A DNA stretch of 64,000 bases from an uncultured Pelagibacteraceae bacterium (GTDB taxonomy: Bacteria; Pseudomonadota; Alphaproteobacteria; Pelagibacterales; Pelagibacteraceae). The notes under the pieces were generated by a model, which saw only the letters and a list, made by a program, of their open reading frames with translations, did not search any database and was not told where the DNA came from. The position numbers and the translations under genes were made by a program. This document shows positions 50,506 through 61,276 of the stretch, in pieces. Each line of letters starts with the position of its first letter. Positions within the stretch are counted from its first letter, which is position 1. The DNA is taken from contig CACGMC010000003.1 of the NCBI GenBank assembly GCA_902574035.1, positions 42,154-106,153 of the forward strand, given 5' to 3'.

Positions 50506-50854
50506 AGGCAAAAATAACACAATAGGTTTAAAGACTAATAATAAATTTTTTAAAGAAAAATTACAAAACAATATTAACTCAAATAATCTGCTTGTTAGCA
50601 ATATTTTAAGCTTTACAAATAGACATCAAGTCAAATTAAACAATAAATACTCGATTATAGTAAATATGGGACCTGGAAGCTTTTCCTCTCTGAGAATATC
50701 TTTATCTGTGGCAAAAGGAATCCAAATTGTGAATGGTTCCAAACTATATGGCTATAAAAGCAATCAATTACCTGAATTAAAACTTGAAAATATTGAGATT
50801 TTAATAAAAAATAAACAATTAGAAAATAAATTGGTTAATCCAATTTATGAATAA
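50474..50854 (+). CDS. tsaB: TsaB (YeaZ)-like t6A biosynthesis protein, N-terminal half only (126 aa)
   Basis: FLIISCTGKNNTIGL start and the NMGPGSFSSLRISLSVAKG motif are typical of TsaB. It stops at about half the usual length. Confidence 0.65.
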   Translation: MINNFLIISCTGKNNTIGLKTNNKFFKEKLQNNINSNNLLVSNILSFTNRHQVKLNNKYSIIVNMGPGSFSSLRISLSVAKGIQIVNGSKLYGYKSNQLPELKLENIEILIKNKQLENKLVNPIYE

Positions 50855-50868
50855 GAGAACTTAGAACT

Positions 50869-51291
50869 ATGAGTGTTATTGAAGAAAAATGTAAAAAAAA
50901 GGGAGTAAGACTGACTGAGCAAAGAAGAGTTATTGCTAAAGTCATGTCAGACTCTAAGCCAACTTTTGGTTCAAAAGACCACCCTGACGTTGATGAATTA
51001 CATAAAAGAGTAAGTTTAATAGATAAAAGAATAAGCATAGCTACCGTTTACAGAACTTTAAAATTATTCGAAGAGTCGGGGATTATAGAAAGACATGATT
51101 TTAAAGAGGGTAAGTCTAGATACGAACCCTCAACAGATGAACATCATGATCACTTAATTGATGTTAATACAGGTGAAATAATTGAATTTGTTGATAAAGA
51201 TATTGAAGAATTACAAATTAAAATTGCAAAAAAGCTCGGTTACAACTTAATAGATCACAAATTAGAACTTTATGGATCAAAAAAAAAGTAA
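50869..51291 (+). CDS. fur: Fur-family transcriptional regulator
   Basis: 140 aa with a winged helix (IATVYRTLKLFEESGII) and metal-site HHDHLID. Confidence 0.9.
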   Translation: MSVIEEKCKKKGVRLTEQRRVIAKVMSDSKPTFGSKDHPDVDELHKRVSLIDKRISIATVYRTLKLFEESGIIERHDFKEGKSRYEPSTDEHHDHLIDVNTGEIIEFVDKDIEELQIKIAKKLGYNLIDHKLELYGSKKK

Positions 51292-51296
51292 GCAAT

Positions 51297-52628
51297 TTGA
51301 ATAAAAAGATATTTATAAAAACTTTCGGTTGCCAAATGAACGAATATGATAGTAATAGAATATTAGATATTACTAAAAAGATTAATTATTTGCCCACAAC
51401 AAAAAAATCAGAAGCGGATTGTTACATAATTAATACTTGCCACATTAGAGAAAAAGCAACAGAAAAAGTTTTTCATGATGTTGGCAGAGTTAAAAAAGAA
51501 TTTAGAAATAAAAAAAAACCAATTCTTATAATTGTTGGATGTGTAGCTCAAGCAGAAGGAGATTTAATATTAAAAAAAGATCGTTATATTGATGCAGTGA
51601 TTGGACCTCAGTCTTATCAGTCAATTAACAAAGTTATTGAAGACATAGAATTTAAAAAGAAACAATATGATATCACAAATTTTGAAACAATAGATAAATT
51701 TGATTTGCTTAAGTCAACAATTAACTGCAACTCTAAAATATCTTCTTTTTTAACAATTCAGGAAGGTTGTGATAAATTTTGCAAATTTTGTGTAGTTCCT
51801 TATACCAGAGGCCCTGAGCACTCTAGAAATTTTGATGAAATCCTAGATGAAGCTGAAAGTCTTATAAGAAATGGTTCGAGAGAAATAACTTTGTTGGGTC
51901 AAAATGTAAATGCTTATCAAAACAACAATAAGCGTTTATCTGATATTATATACGCTCTTGAAAAAAAGAGAGATTTAAAAAGAATACGTTACACGACCTC
52001 TCACCCAAAAGACATGACGAATGATTTACTTGATGCACACAAAGATTGTGAAAAACTTATGCCACTACTACATCTTCCCGTACAATCAGGTTCTAATAAA
52101 ATACTTCAAAGTATGAACAGAAAACATACTATTCAAGAATATTTAGAAGTAATACATAAACTAAAAGAAAAAAATTCAAAAATAAAATTTGCTAGCGACT
52201 TCATAATTGCCTATCCTGGAGAAGAGGATGATGATTTTAACGAAACTTGTAAATTAATGGAGACAATAAAGTTTATAAACTCTTACTCTTTTATTTTTAG
52301 CCCGAGGCCTGGAACACCGGCGAGTGAAATGAAAATGGTTGACGCAAAATTAGCAAAAAAAAGACTTATTATATTCCAAAATATTGCAGAAAAAATAAAA
52401 CTAAACTACAAAAAAAATCTTTTAAATCAAATCGTTAAGGTATTATTTGAAAACAAAATGATCAAAGAAAAAAATAAATATTTTGGCCGTGATGAGTATC
52501 AAAATCCAGTTGTTGTAAATTCAAAAAAGAATATAATTGGACAAGAAAAAAGAGTGCTTATAAAAAAATTTTCTCAACAAACAATCTATGGAGAATTAAT
52601 TGACAATAATAAATTTCTTGCAGCTTAA
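51297..52628 (+). CDS. miaB: tRNA-2-methylthio-N6-dimethylallyladenosine synthase MiaB
   Basis: 443 aa with a TTG start, N-terminal FIKTFGCQMNEYDS and radical-SAM CDKFCKFC. Confidence 0.95.
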   Translation: MNKKIFIKTFGCQMNEYDSNRILDITKKINYLPTTKKSEADCYIINTCHIREKATEKVFHDVGRVKKEFRNKKKPILIIVGCVAQAEGDLILKKDRYIDAVIGPQSYQSINKVIEDIEFKKKQYDITNFETIDKFDLLKSTINCNSKISSFLTIQEGCDKFCKFCVVPYTRGPEHSRNFDEILDEAESLIRNGSREITLLGQNVNAYQNNNKRLSDIIYALEKKRDLKRIRYTTSHPKDMTNDLLDAHKDCEKLMPLLHLPVQSGSNKILQSMNRKHTIQEYLEVIHKLKEKNSKIKFASDFIIAYPGEEDDDFNETCKLMETIKFINSYSFIFSPRPGTPASEMKMVDAKLAKKRLIIFQNIAEKIKLNYKKNLLNQIVKVLFENKMIKEKNKYFGRDEYQNPVVVNSKKNIIGQEKRVLIKKFSQQTIYGELIDNNKFLAA

Positions 52629-52630
52629 AT

Positions 52631-53632
52631 ATGTCTAAAATAGAAAATCTTGATTCAAATTATAGTGTAAAAAAAATAGATAAAGAGACAATAAATATAA
52701 AAGTTCATAACAATGATGTTTTAATATCAGTCGTAGGAGAATTTAATAGTAATTTAAACGAGTTAGAAAAGTTGACTAAAACACAGATCTTTTTCAGAGG
52801 GAATTCAATAACAATAAAAGGAAACCAAGAAAATATAAGCAAAGCGACTAATGCTATAAAGTTTTTAGTAAATAAATACTTAAAAACGAATTTAATTGAA
52901 AAACAGGATTTAACTTTGTCTGTGAGAGAAAAAAATGTTCATTTTAAATCCAATGTACATAATTTAGATCAATTAATAAAAACACCAAAAAAAATAGTTA
53001 TAGCAAGATCAAAAAAACAATCAGAGTATATTAAAGCACTAACAAATAACGATATAACAATGGCTTTAGGTCCTGCAGGAACAGGAAAAAGTTTTTTAGC
53101 AGTTTCAGTTGCTATGACAATGTTATTTGAAAAAAAAGTAGAAAAAGTAATTCTATCAAGGCCAGCAGTGGAGGCCGGTGAAAAATTAGGATTTTTACCT
53201 GGTGATATGAAAGAAAAAGTAGATCCTTATCTAAGACCTTTATACGATGCACTTTATGATCTTTTTGGTTTTGAAAAAATTAATAAAAAAATAGACTCCG
53301 GTGAAATTGAAATTGCCCCCTTAGCATTTATGAGGGGAAGAACATTGAAAAATTCATTTGCAATATTAGATGAAGCTCAGAATGCCACCCTAACACAGAT
53401 TAAAATGTTTTTAACTAGGATCGGTGAAAATTCCAAAATTGTAGTTAATGGTGATCCATCTCAAATAGATTTAATTAATAAGTCCAACTCAGGACTAGTA
53501 AAAACAAAAAAAATTTTAAACAAAGTAAAGGAAATTAAATTGATAGAATTTGATCATAAAGATGTAGTTAGACACCCGCTGGTGACAAAAATTATTCAAG
53601 CTTTTAACAAAAATATTGATGATAAAAATTAA
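52631..53632 (+). CDS. ybeZ: PhoH-like ATPase (YbeZ)
   Basis: 333 aa with P-loop GPAGTGKSF and a PhoH C-terminal pattern. Confidence 0.93.
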   Translation: MSKIENLDSNYSVKKIDKETINIKVHNNDVLISVVGEFNSNLNELEKLTKTQIFFRGNSITIKGNQENISKATNAIKFLVNKYLKTNLIEKQDLTLSVREKNVHFKSNVHNLDQLIKTPKKIVIARSKKQSEYIKALTNNDITMALGPAGTGKSFLAVSVAMTMLFEKKVEKVILSRPAVEAGEKLGFLPGDMKEKVDPYLRPLYDALYDLFGFEKINKKIDSGEIEIAPLAFMRGRTLKNSFAILDEAQNATLTQIKMFLTRIGENSKIVVNGDPSQIDLINKSNSGLVKTKKILNKVKEIKLIEFDHKDVVRHPLVTKIIQAFNKNIDDKN

Positions 53633-54077
53633 TGTTATTGTTAAAGATAAAAACTGGTTCAAATTTATAAAAAATCCAGAAATTTATTTAAAAAATAAAA
53701 TTAAAAGAATTCAAAACGATAAATTTTTCAAAAAAAAAAAATATTCCTTTAGCCTTTTATTATCTGATACTCAAGAAATTAAAAATTTAAATAAAAAATT
53801 TAGAAAAAAAAATAAATCTACAGATATTTTATCTTTCCCTAATCTGACTAAAAAGAAAATTAAAATTTTAACAAAATTAAATCAAGAGATTTATTTAGGC
53901 GACATAATAATTAATTTTAAAAAGATGAATACTATGTCAAAAGATTTGTTTAAAAAACATTTTAATATACTGTGGATACACGGTTTAATTCATTTGTTTG
54001 GTTATGACCATAAAAAAAATAGTAGTTATAAAAAGATGGATGCTATTGAAAAAAAATTTCTCAGAAAATTAAGATAA
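53616..54077 (+). CDS. ybeY: rRNA maturation endoribonuclease YbeY
   Basis: 153 aa with the metal motif HGLIHLFGYDH. Confidence 0.92.
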   Translation: MMIKINVIVKDKNWFKFIKNPEIYLKNKIKRIQNDKFFKKKKYSFSLLLSDTQEIKNLNKKFRKKNKSTDILSFPNLTKKKIKILTKLNQEIYLGDIIINFKKMNTMSKDLFKKHFNILWIHGLIHLFGYDHKKNSSYKKMDAIEKKFLRKLR

Positions 54078-55640
54078 ATGATTAATCTAATTCTTAATAG
54101 TAGAATATTATTGGTATTTGTAACACCTTTTTTACTGGGTTGTATTTCTGTTTTTTCATTTCAACCATATAATCTTACAATAATTAATTTTTTAATCTTT
54201 CCATGTTTATTTTTTATAATTTGCAACATTAACAAAAGATCGAAAAATAAATATAGAAAAAAACCATATCTTATAAATTTGTTTTATGCTGGATATTTTT
54301 TTGGAATAGGTTTTTTTTTAACTGGAACTTATTGGATTTCAAATTCTTTACAGTTTGACGAATCTTTTAAAAATTTTATCCCTTTTACTGTTTTATTTAT
54401 ACCATTAGTCCTTGGTTTATTTTATGGATTTGGATCTTTAGTGTGCGGAAAGTATTTAAAATATGATTTTAAGTCTATTTTATTATTTAGTGCATCAATT
54501 TCTTTTGCGGACTTTTTAAGAGCTAAAATATTGACTGGTTTTCCATGGAATCTTTGGGCATATAGTTGGTCATGGTTTAGTGAAATATTACAAATTTTAA
54601 ATCCTATTGGATTGTTTGCATTTAACTTATTAGTAATAACTTTTTTTTGTGCTCCATCTATTTTTTTTGTTAAGGAAAATAAATATAAAATTTTGATATG
54701 TTCTATTTTTTTATTAACTTTTTTTGGGAATTATATATATGGTAATTTTGAAATAAATAATAATAAAATTCAAAGTCAGAAAAATTTTAACAACAACAGG
54801 TTTATCAACGTCAAGATTGTATCACCGAATTTTAAACTTAAATACGATTTATCTGAAAAACAAACTTTAGAGAGAATAAAAAAACTTATCAGATACAGTA
54901 ATATAGAAAAAAATGATAAAACATTATTTATTTGGCCCGAGGGCGCTTTATCAGGAAAATATTTTTTTGAGATTGAGAAATATAAAAACTTGATAAAAGA
55001 AAATTTTTCCTCAAATCATCTGATTATTTTTGGTGTCAATACCTTAGATAAACAAGAAGACAAGTTTTTTAATAGTTTTATTATAATTGATCATAATTTT
55101 AATATAAAATTTCAATATAACAAAATCAAACTAGTTCCCTTTGGGGAATTTTTACCTTTTCAAAATTATCTTGAAAAAATTGGATTAAAAAAAATTACTG
55201 AAGGATACGGATCTTTTAGCAGGGGGGATTTAAAAAAGACCTTTTTATATGAAAGTGTAAATATAATACCTTTAATTTGCTACGAAATAATCTTTCCAGA
55301 ACTTATTCAAAAAGTTAACTCAAATAATAATTTTATAGTTAATATTTCAGAAGACGGTTGGTTTGGTGACTCTTTGGGTCCGCACCAACATTTCTCGAAG
55401 TCAATTTTTAGAGCAATTGAGAGTGACTCGTTTGTATTAAGATCAGCAAATAAAGGTATTAGTTCCATAATAAATAATAAAGGGCAAATCATTAAGAGTT
55501 TAAAAAACAATGAAACTGGCAATATAGAGTACAAGTTGCCAATTAAAGAAAAAAAAGGTGGGAATAAAAATGATTTGATATTTTTTGTTCTTTTATTTAC
55601 ATATTGTTTAACTTTTTTAAAATATAGAAAAAATGACTGA
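54078..55640 (+). CDS. lnt: Apolipoprotein N-acyltransferase
   Basis: 520 aa with N-terminal TM helices and a CN-hydrolase domain ([15 protein letters not shown]). Confidence 0.93.
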   Translation: MINLILNSRILLVFVTPFLLGCISVFSFQPYNLTIINFLIFPCLFFIICNINKRSKNKYRKKPYLINLFYAGYFFGIGFFLTGTYWISNSLQFDESFKNFIPFTVLFIPLVLGLFYGFGSLVCGKYLKYDFKSILLFSASISFADFLRAKILTGFPWNLWAYSWSWFSEILQILNPIGLFAFNLLVITFFCAPSIFFVKENKYKILICSIFLLTFFGNYIYGNFEINNNKIQSQKNFNNNRFINVKIVSPNFKLKYDLSEKQTLERIKKLIRYSNIEKNDKTLFIWPEGALSGKYFFEIEKYKNLIKENFSSNHLIIFGVNTLDKQEDKFFNSFIIIDHNFNIKFQYNKIKLVPFGEFLPFQNYLEKIGLKKITEGYGSFSRGDLKKTFLYESVNIIPLICYEIIFPELIQKVNSNNNFIVNISEDGWFGDSLGPHQHFSKSIFRAIESDSFVLRSANKGISSIINNKGQIIKSLKNNETGNIEYKLPIKEKKGGNKNDLIFFVLLFTYCLTFLKYRKND

Positions 55641-56802
55641 AAAAAATTTCCTATTCACCAGTGAGTCTGTATCAGAGGGCCATCCTGATAAAGTATGCGA
55701 CAGAATTTCAGATATGGTTGTTGATAGTTATTTATCAAAAGATCCATTTGCTCGAGTAGCTTGTGAAACTTTAACAACTACAAACAAGGTAGTTTTAGCA
55801 GGAGAAATACGTGGACCTAATATTAGTAAGGATGAAATTATCGATAAAGTAAGAAATTGTATTAAAGAAATTGGCTATGACCAAGAAGGTTTTTCTTGGA
55901 GAGATCAGACAAAAATTGAGTCCCATCTTCATGAACAATCTACTGATATTGCAATGGGTGTTGACTCCAAAGATAATAAAGACGAAGGCGCAGGAGACCA
56001 GGGTATTATGTTTGGATATGCCTGTTCTGAGACAGAAGATTTGATGCCAGCACCAATATTTTATTCACATAAGATTTTAAGATTAATGGCTCAAGATAGA
56101 AAATCTGGAATTTTGAAAGGAATTGAACCCGACTCTAAAAGTCAAGTAACAATGGAATATGAAAATGGAAAGCCAAAAAAAGTAACATCAATTGTAATTT
56201 CAACGCAGCATTCAAAAGATTTAAATCAGGAAAAAGTTAAAGAATTAATTTTACCATACATTAATAAAACAATACCTAAAGAATTATTAAGTGGTTTAAA
56301 GAATTCTGAAATTTATATAAATCCTACTGGCCAATTCATAATTGGTGGACCCGACGGTGATACTGGCTTGACTGGAAGAAAAATAATTGTTGATACATAT
56401 GGAGGGGCTGCACCACATGGAGGAGGAGCATTTTCAGGAAAAGATCCAACCAAAGTAGATCGCTCTGCTGCCTATGTTTCAAGATATCTAGCTAAAAATA
56501 TTGTTGCTTCTGGTTTGACTGATAAATGTCTTATTCAGTTATCTTATGCTATTGGGGTTTCAAAACCACTTTCTATTTATATAAAATTAGGAGAAAATGA
56601 TCAAAATAAGACTGCCAAGGTAGAAAAAATAATTAAAGATAATTTTGATTTATCTCCTAGAGGAATTAGAGAGCTGCTTAACCTAAATAAGCCAATTTAC
56701 GAAATAACATCTTCTTATGGTCACTTTGGTAGAAAACCAACAAATAAAGGTGAATTTTCTTGGGAAAAAATAGATAAATCCTCACTTTTTAAAAAGGTGT
56801 AA
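55633..56802 (+). CDS. metK: S-adenosylmethionine synthetase
   Basis: 389 aa with [19 protein letters not shown] and GGGAFSGKD motifs. Confidence 0.98.
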   Translation: MTEKNFLFTSESVSEGHPDKVCDRISDMVVDSYLSKDPFARVACETLTTTNKVVLAGEIRGPNISKDEIIDKVRNCIKEIGYDQEGFSWRDQTKIESHLHEQSTDIAMGVDSKDNKDEGAGDQGIMFGYACSETEDLMPAPIFYSHKILRLMAQDRKSGILKGIEPDSKSQVTMEYENGKPKKVTSIVISTQHSKDLNQEKVKELILPYINKTIPKELLSGLKNSEIYINPTGQFIIGGPDGDTGLTGRKIIVDTYGGAAPHGGGAFSGKDPTKVDRSAAYVSRYLAKNIVASGLTDKCLIQLSYAIGVSKPLSIYIKLGENDQNKTAKVEKIIKDNFDLSPRGIRELLNLNKPIYEITSSYGHFGRKPTNKGEFSWEKIDKSSLFKKV

Positions 56803-56854
56803 ACTTGAAAAAACCACAATAATTCTTTAATAATAATTAAATTTTGAAAATTAC

Positions 56855-56881
56855 AAAATGGGCGGTAGCCCATTTTTTTTT
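56855..56881 (+). terminator. Rho-independent terminator after metK
   Basis: AAAATGGGC-GGTA-GCCCATTTT forms a 9-bp stem with a tetraloop, followed by a T-run. It is followed by AGGAG and the nusA ATG. Confidence 0.85.
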
Positions 56882-56893
56882 AGGAGATTTAAA

Positions 56894-58447
56894 ATGTTAA
56901 ATAGAGGACTAGATAAACTTGAATTATTGAGGATCGTTGATGCTGTAGCCAATGAGAAATCAATTGACAAAGATATCGTTATTGGATCTATGGAAAGCGC
57001 AATTCAAAAGGCAGCTCTGACCAAGTTTGGTCAAAATAATAATATTTTAGTTAAAATAGATAGAGAAACGGGAAACATAAGTATTCAAAAAGTTTTAGAC
57101 GTCGTAGAAACCGTAGAAGACCCTAGTCGAGAAATAACTCCTAAAGATGCTAACTCAATTAAAGACGACAAATCAGAGCAATTAAAAATTGGAGATAAAA
57201 TTTACGAAGACTTACCACAAATAGATTTTGGAAGAATTGCAGCACAGAGTGCTAAGCAAGTAATTAATTCAAAAGTAAGAGAAGCTGAAAAAAATAGGCA
57301 GTACGAAGATTTCATAGATAAACAAGGACTTATATTAAGCGGTATAATTAAAAGATTAGAATATGGCAATGTCATCGTTGATCTTGGAAAAGCGGAGGGC
57401 GTTATAAAAAAAGATGAGCTTATTCCAAGAGAGATATTAAAGACCGGTGAACGTGTGAAGGCTTATTGTTATGAAGTAAAAAAAGAACTCAAAGGTCATC
57501 AAATATTTTTATCAAGGGCCCATCCCCAATTTCTTGCTAAACTTTTCTTCCAAGAGGTTCCTGAGATTTATGAGGGAGTTATCGAAATAAAATCAGTTGC
57601 AAGAGACCCTGGTAGTAGGGCAAAAATATGTGTTTATTCTAAAGATACATCAATCGATCCTGTTGGTGCATGCGTTGGTATGAGGGGAAGTAGAGTTCAA
57701 ACAATCGTTAATGAACTTCATGGTGAAAAAATTGATATTATAAAATGGACTGAAGATTTACCAACACTAATTTCCGAGTCCTTGTCTCCTGCTGAAATTC
57801 AAAAAGTTTTAATTGACCAATCAAATAAAAAAATAGATGTCATTTTAAGTGAAGAAAATTTAAGTAAAGCAATAGGTAGAAGAGGTCAAAACGTAAGATT
57901 GGCATCTAAGTTAACAAATTTTGAGATTGATATTTTAACTGACAAAGAAGACTCTGAAAGAAGACAGGCAGAATTTAAAGAAAAAACCGAGGCTTTAATC
58001 AAGAATTTAGAAGTTGATGAGACTTTAGGTCAATTACTTGTTTCTGAAGGATTTCAGAGTATAGAGGAGATATCACAAGCTAAAGCTGAAGAAATTTCAA
58101 AAATCGAAGCAATAGATGAAGATACTGCTAAGGAACTTATTTCAAGATCTAAAGAGAGTTTAATCAAAGTAAAAGAAGAAGTTGGAAAAAGACTTAAAGA
58201 ATTAGGTGTTGATGAAGAATTAATTAACTTAAAGGGTATGACGCAAGGTATGTTAGTAATTTTAGGTCAAAAGAATATTAAAAAACTTTCAGATTTTGCA
58301 GACCTTTCAACTGATGAGCTTGTAGGTGGGTTTGATGAAGTAAAAGGTAAGAAAGTTAGACTTCAAGGATACTTAGAAGAATTTTCTTTAACAAGAGAGG
58401 AGGCGGATCAATTAATAATGTCTGCTAGAAATATTGTATTTAAATAA
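56894..58447 (+). CDS. nusA: Transcription termination/antitermination factor NusA
   Basis: Start trimmed to MLNRGLDK at 56894, with an AGGAG RBS. The ORF-track ATG at 56858 lies inside the terminator stem. Shows S1, KH1/KH2 and C-terminal acidic repeats. Confidence 0.96.
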   Translation: MLNRGLDKLELLRIVDAVANEKSIDKDIVIGSMESAIQKAALTKFGQNNNILVKIDRETGNISIQKVLDVVETVEDPSREITPKDANSIKDDKSEQLKIGDKIYEDLPQIDFGRIAAQSAKQVINSKVREAEKNRQYEDFIDKQGLILSGIIKRLEYGNVIVDLGKAEGVIKKDELIPREILKTGERVKAYCYEVKKELKGHQIFLSRAHPQFLAKLFFQEVPEIYEGVIEIKSVARDPGSRAKICVYSKDTSIDPVGACVGMRGSRVQTIVNELHGEKIDIIKWTEDLPTLISESLSPAEIQKVLIDQSNKKIDVILSEENLSKAIGRRGQNVRLASKLTNFEIDILTDKEDSERRQAEFKEKTEALIKNLEVDETLGQLLVSEGFQSIEEISQAKAEEISKIEAIDEDTAKELISRSKESLIKVKEEVGKRLKELGVDEELINLKGMTQGMLVILGQKNIKKLSDFADLSTDELVGGFDEVKGKKVRLQGYLEEFSLTREEADQLIMSARNIVFK

Positions 58448-58450
58448 ATT

Positions 58451-60646
58451 ATGGATAAAGAAAAAGATAAGAAAAAAACACTAACGATTTCATCAAACTT
58501 TAAAAAGAAGATTGACTCTAGTTCATTACTTAAAAAAGAAAACAAAAAATCCTATTCAATACCAAATGATAAAAAAAGTTTTTTAAAATCACCAAAAAGT
58601 TCAAGAAATATAGGTACTTCAAATCCTAACTTTCAAAATCAAGGAAACAAAAATAAAAAATTCACAAGAAAATTTGTTGAACAACAAGCTACCAAAGCCT
58701 TTATAAAAAAGGACGAAAAACCTACTGGAAAAAGTAAACTAAAACTTAAAACACCTATAGATAAAAGAGATTTCAAACTTACGGTCTCAAGAGCACTCAA
58801 TGTAGAGGAAATTGAGATTAAGCAAAGAAGTTTAGCAGCAGTTAAAAGAGCAAGATTAAAAGAGAAAAAAAACAATCCTGAGTCTGAAGAGAAAAAAGAA
58901 TATAAAAAGGTTATAAAAGATGTAAAAATTCCAGAACAAATTACTATTCAAGAATTATCAAATAGAATGGCCGAAAAGTCTAACGATATAATTAAATTTT
59001 TACTTAATATGAAAGTAATGGCTACAATAAACCATACCATAGATAAAGACACTGCTGAATATATTGTTAAAGAGTTTGGACATAAAGCAATCATAGAGAA
59101 TTCTCAACCAGAAGAAATAAATAAAAACAAATCTATGAGTGGAAAAATTGAAAAAAGACCTCCAGTGGTAACTATAATGGGCCATGTAGATCATGGAAAA
59201 ACCTCACTTTTAGACGCGTTGAGACAAACAGATGTCGTCTCAAATGAATTTGGAGGTATCACACAACATATCGGAGCCTATCAGGTCAAAGCTGACAATG
59301 ATCAATTAATTACTTTCATAGATACACCTGGACATGCAGCTTTTACAGAAATGAGAGCTAGAGGTTCTAAAATTACTGATATAGTAGTTTTAGTTGTAGC
59401 AGCTGACGACGGTATAAAACCACAAACTATAGAAGCCATTAATCATGCTAAAGCTGCTAAGGTTCCAATTATTGTGGCTATCAATAAATCAGATTTGCCT
59501 AACAAAAATGTTACTAAAATAAAAAATGATCTTATGAGGTACGAGTTAGTTGCTGAAGATTTAAGTGGTGATACTTTATTTGTAGAAGTTTCTGCAACAA
59601 AAAAAATTAATTTAGATAAGCTTAAGGAGAGTATATTATTGCAATCAGAAATTTTAGATTTAAAAGCTTCTATTTCCGATAGCGCAACAGGAGTAGTCAT
59701 AGAGTCAAAAATTGATAAAGGCAAAGGCCCAGTTTCTACAGTTTTAGTTTCTAATGGAAAACTTAAAAAGGGAGATTTTTTTACTTGCGGCAAAACATGG
59801 GGAAAAATTAGAGCCATGATAAATCATGAAGGAGCATCTGTAAATGAAGCTTATCCTTCTATGCCAGTAGAAATTCTTGGAATGAATGATACTGCATTTG
59901 CTGGTGCAGAGTTTTTAGTAACTGAAAATGAGGACAAAGCAAAAGAAATTTCAGAATTCAAAAATGAAAGTTCATCAAAAAAGAAAATTATGATTAATGA
60001 CAAATCAACAATATTTGACAAAGGGGAAGAAAAAGAAGAACTGAACGTTATTATCAAATCAGATGTTCATGGATCAAGTGAAGCACTTAAAATGGCAATA
60101 GAAAAAATCACACATCCTGAGGTAAAAACAAAAATTATTTTGTCAGACATTGGAATGATAAATGAGTCTGATATATCTTTAGCCAAAGCATCTAATGCCG
60201 TATTGATCGGTTTCAATGTCAAGGCTAACAGAGAAGCAAAAAAAATATCCGAAGATCAAAAAATAGAAATTAAATTTTTTAATATAATATATGAGGCTAT
60301 TGAGTATATTGAAAAAAGATTATCAGGTTTATTGGAGCCAGACACAAAAGAAATTTCACTAGGTTCAGCTGAGGTACAAAAAATATTTAAAGTTTCTAAA
60401 TTTGGACAAATTGCAGGTTCCAAAGTAATTGAGGGAGAAATACAAAATAAATCAAAGGCAAGAATAGTTAGAGATGGGTCAGTCGTATATGATGGGGAGA
60501 TTATAAGTATATTTAGAGAAAAAAATGCAGTTAAAGAGGTAAAAAATGGTTTAGAATGCGGTATAAGTTTAAGAGATTTTATAGATTTTAAAGAGAAAGA
60601 TATTATAGAGTCTTACCAAATACAAAAAATTGAGAGAACTATATGA
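58451..60646 (+). CDS. infB: Translation initiation factor IF-2
   Basis: 731 aa with G-domain [12 protein letters not shown] and DTPGH, and a Lys-rich N-terminal region. Confidence 0.97.
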   Translation: MDKEKDKKKTLTISSNFKKKIDSSSLLKKENKKSYSIPNDKKSFLKSPKSSRNIGTSNPNFQNQGNKNKKFTRKFVEQQATKAFIKKDEKPTGKSKLKLKTPIDKRDFKLTVSRALNVEEIEIKQRSLAAVKRARLKEKKNNPESEEKKEYKKVIKDVKIPEQITIQELSNRMAEKSNDIIKFLLNMKVMATINHTIDKDTAEYIVKEFGHKAIIENSQPEEINKNKSMSGKIEKRPPVVTIMGHVDHGKTSLLDALRQTDVVSNEFGGITQHIGAYQVKADNDQLITFIDTPGHAAFTEMRARGSKITDIVVLVVAADDGIKPQTIEAINHAKAAKVPIIVAINKSDLPNKNVTKIKNDLMRYELVAEDLSGDTLFVEVSATKKINLDKLKESILLQSEILDLKASISDSATGVVIESKIDKGKGPVSTVLVSNGKLKKGDFFTCGKTWGKIRAMINHEGASVNEAYPSMPVEILGMNDTAFAGAEFLVTENEDKAKEISEFKNESSSKKKIMINDKSTIFDKGEEKEELNVIIKSDVHGSSEALKMAIEKITHPEVKTKIILSDIGMINESDISLAKASNAVLIGFNVKANREAKKISEDQKIEIKFFNIIYEAIEYIEKRLSGLLEPDTKEISLGSAEVQKIFKVSKFGQIAGSKVIEGEIQNKSKARIVRDGSVVYDGEIISIFREKNAVKEVKNGLECGISLRDFIDFKEKDIIESYQIQKIERTI

Positions 60647-61044
60647 TCAATAGTGATTTATCTAATAAAGGATACTCCCAAAGACAATTAAGAGTTGGTG
60701 AACTTGTAAAACAAAGCATTGGTGAAATTTTTATAAAAAATGAGACAAAGATATCATCATTTAACTCAAGATATATTACAGTTACAGAGGTAAGAATGAC
60801 CCCAGACTTGAAAACTGCCAGAGTTTATGTCATTCCACTAGGCGGCATAGATATGAAAGAAATAGTTAGTGTATTGACTGATAACTCGCATCTTGTTAGA
60901 AAAGCCTTATCAAAAAAGCTAAGTTTAAAATTTCTTCCAAAACTCAACTTTATTGAAGATAGATCTTTCGAATATGCTGAAAAGATAGAAAAGTTAATTA
61001 AAGAGAATAAAAAAGATGAAACAGAAAAAAAAAGATATAATTAA
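60643..61044 (+). CDS. rbfA: Ribosome-binding factor A
   Basis: 133 aa with an RbfA KH-like pattern (RVGELVKQ..., ITVTEVRMTPDLKTARVY). Confidence 0.9.
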   Translation: MINSDLSNKGYSQRQLRVGELVKQSIGEIFIKNETKISSFNSRYITVTEVRMTPDLKTARVYVIPLGGIDMKEIVSVLTDNSHLVRKALSKKLSLKFLPKLNFIEDRSFEYAEKIEKLIKENKKDETEKKRYN

Positions 61045-61276
61045 GTCTCTAGCCATTAACAAATCCGACGTTGGATCTGCAGAAATACAAATTGGTTTAT
61101 TAAGCAGTAAAATTGAAAAACTAGCCGTGCATTTTAAAAAATTTAAAAAAGACAAACATTCTACTATTGGTTTGTCAAAGTCAGTAAATAAAAGAAAGAA
61201 ATTATTAAGCTATCTTAAAAGAAAAAAACCTGACTCGTATGAAAAAATTATAAAACAACTTAGTCTGAGAAAATAA
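61016..61276 (+). CDS. rpsO: 30S ribosomal protein S15
   Basis: 86 aa with [14 protein letters not shown]...[11 protein letters not shown]...KLLSYLKRK. Overlaps the rbfA 3' end by 29 nt. Confidence 0.9.
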   Translation: MKQKKKDIIKSLAINKSDVGSAEIQIGLLSSKIEKLAVHFKKFKKDKHSTIGLSKSVNKRKKLLSYLKRKKPDSYEKIIKQLSLRK

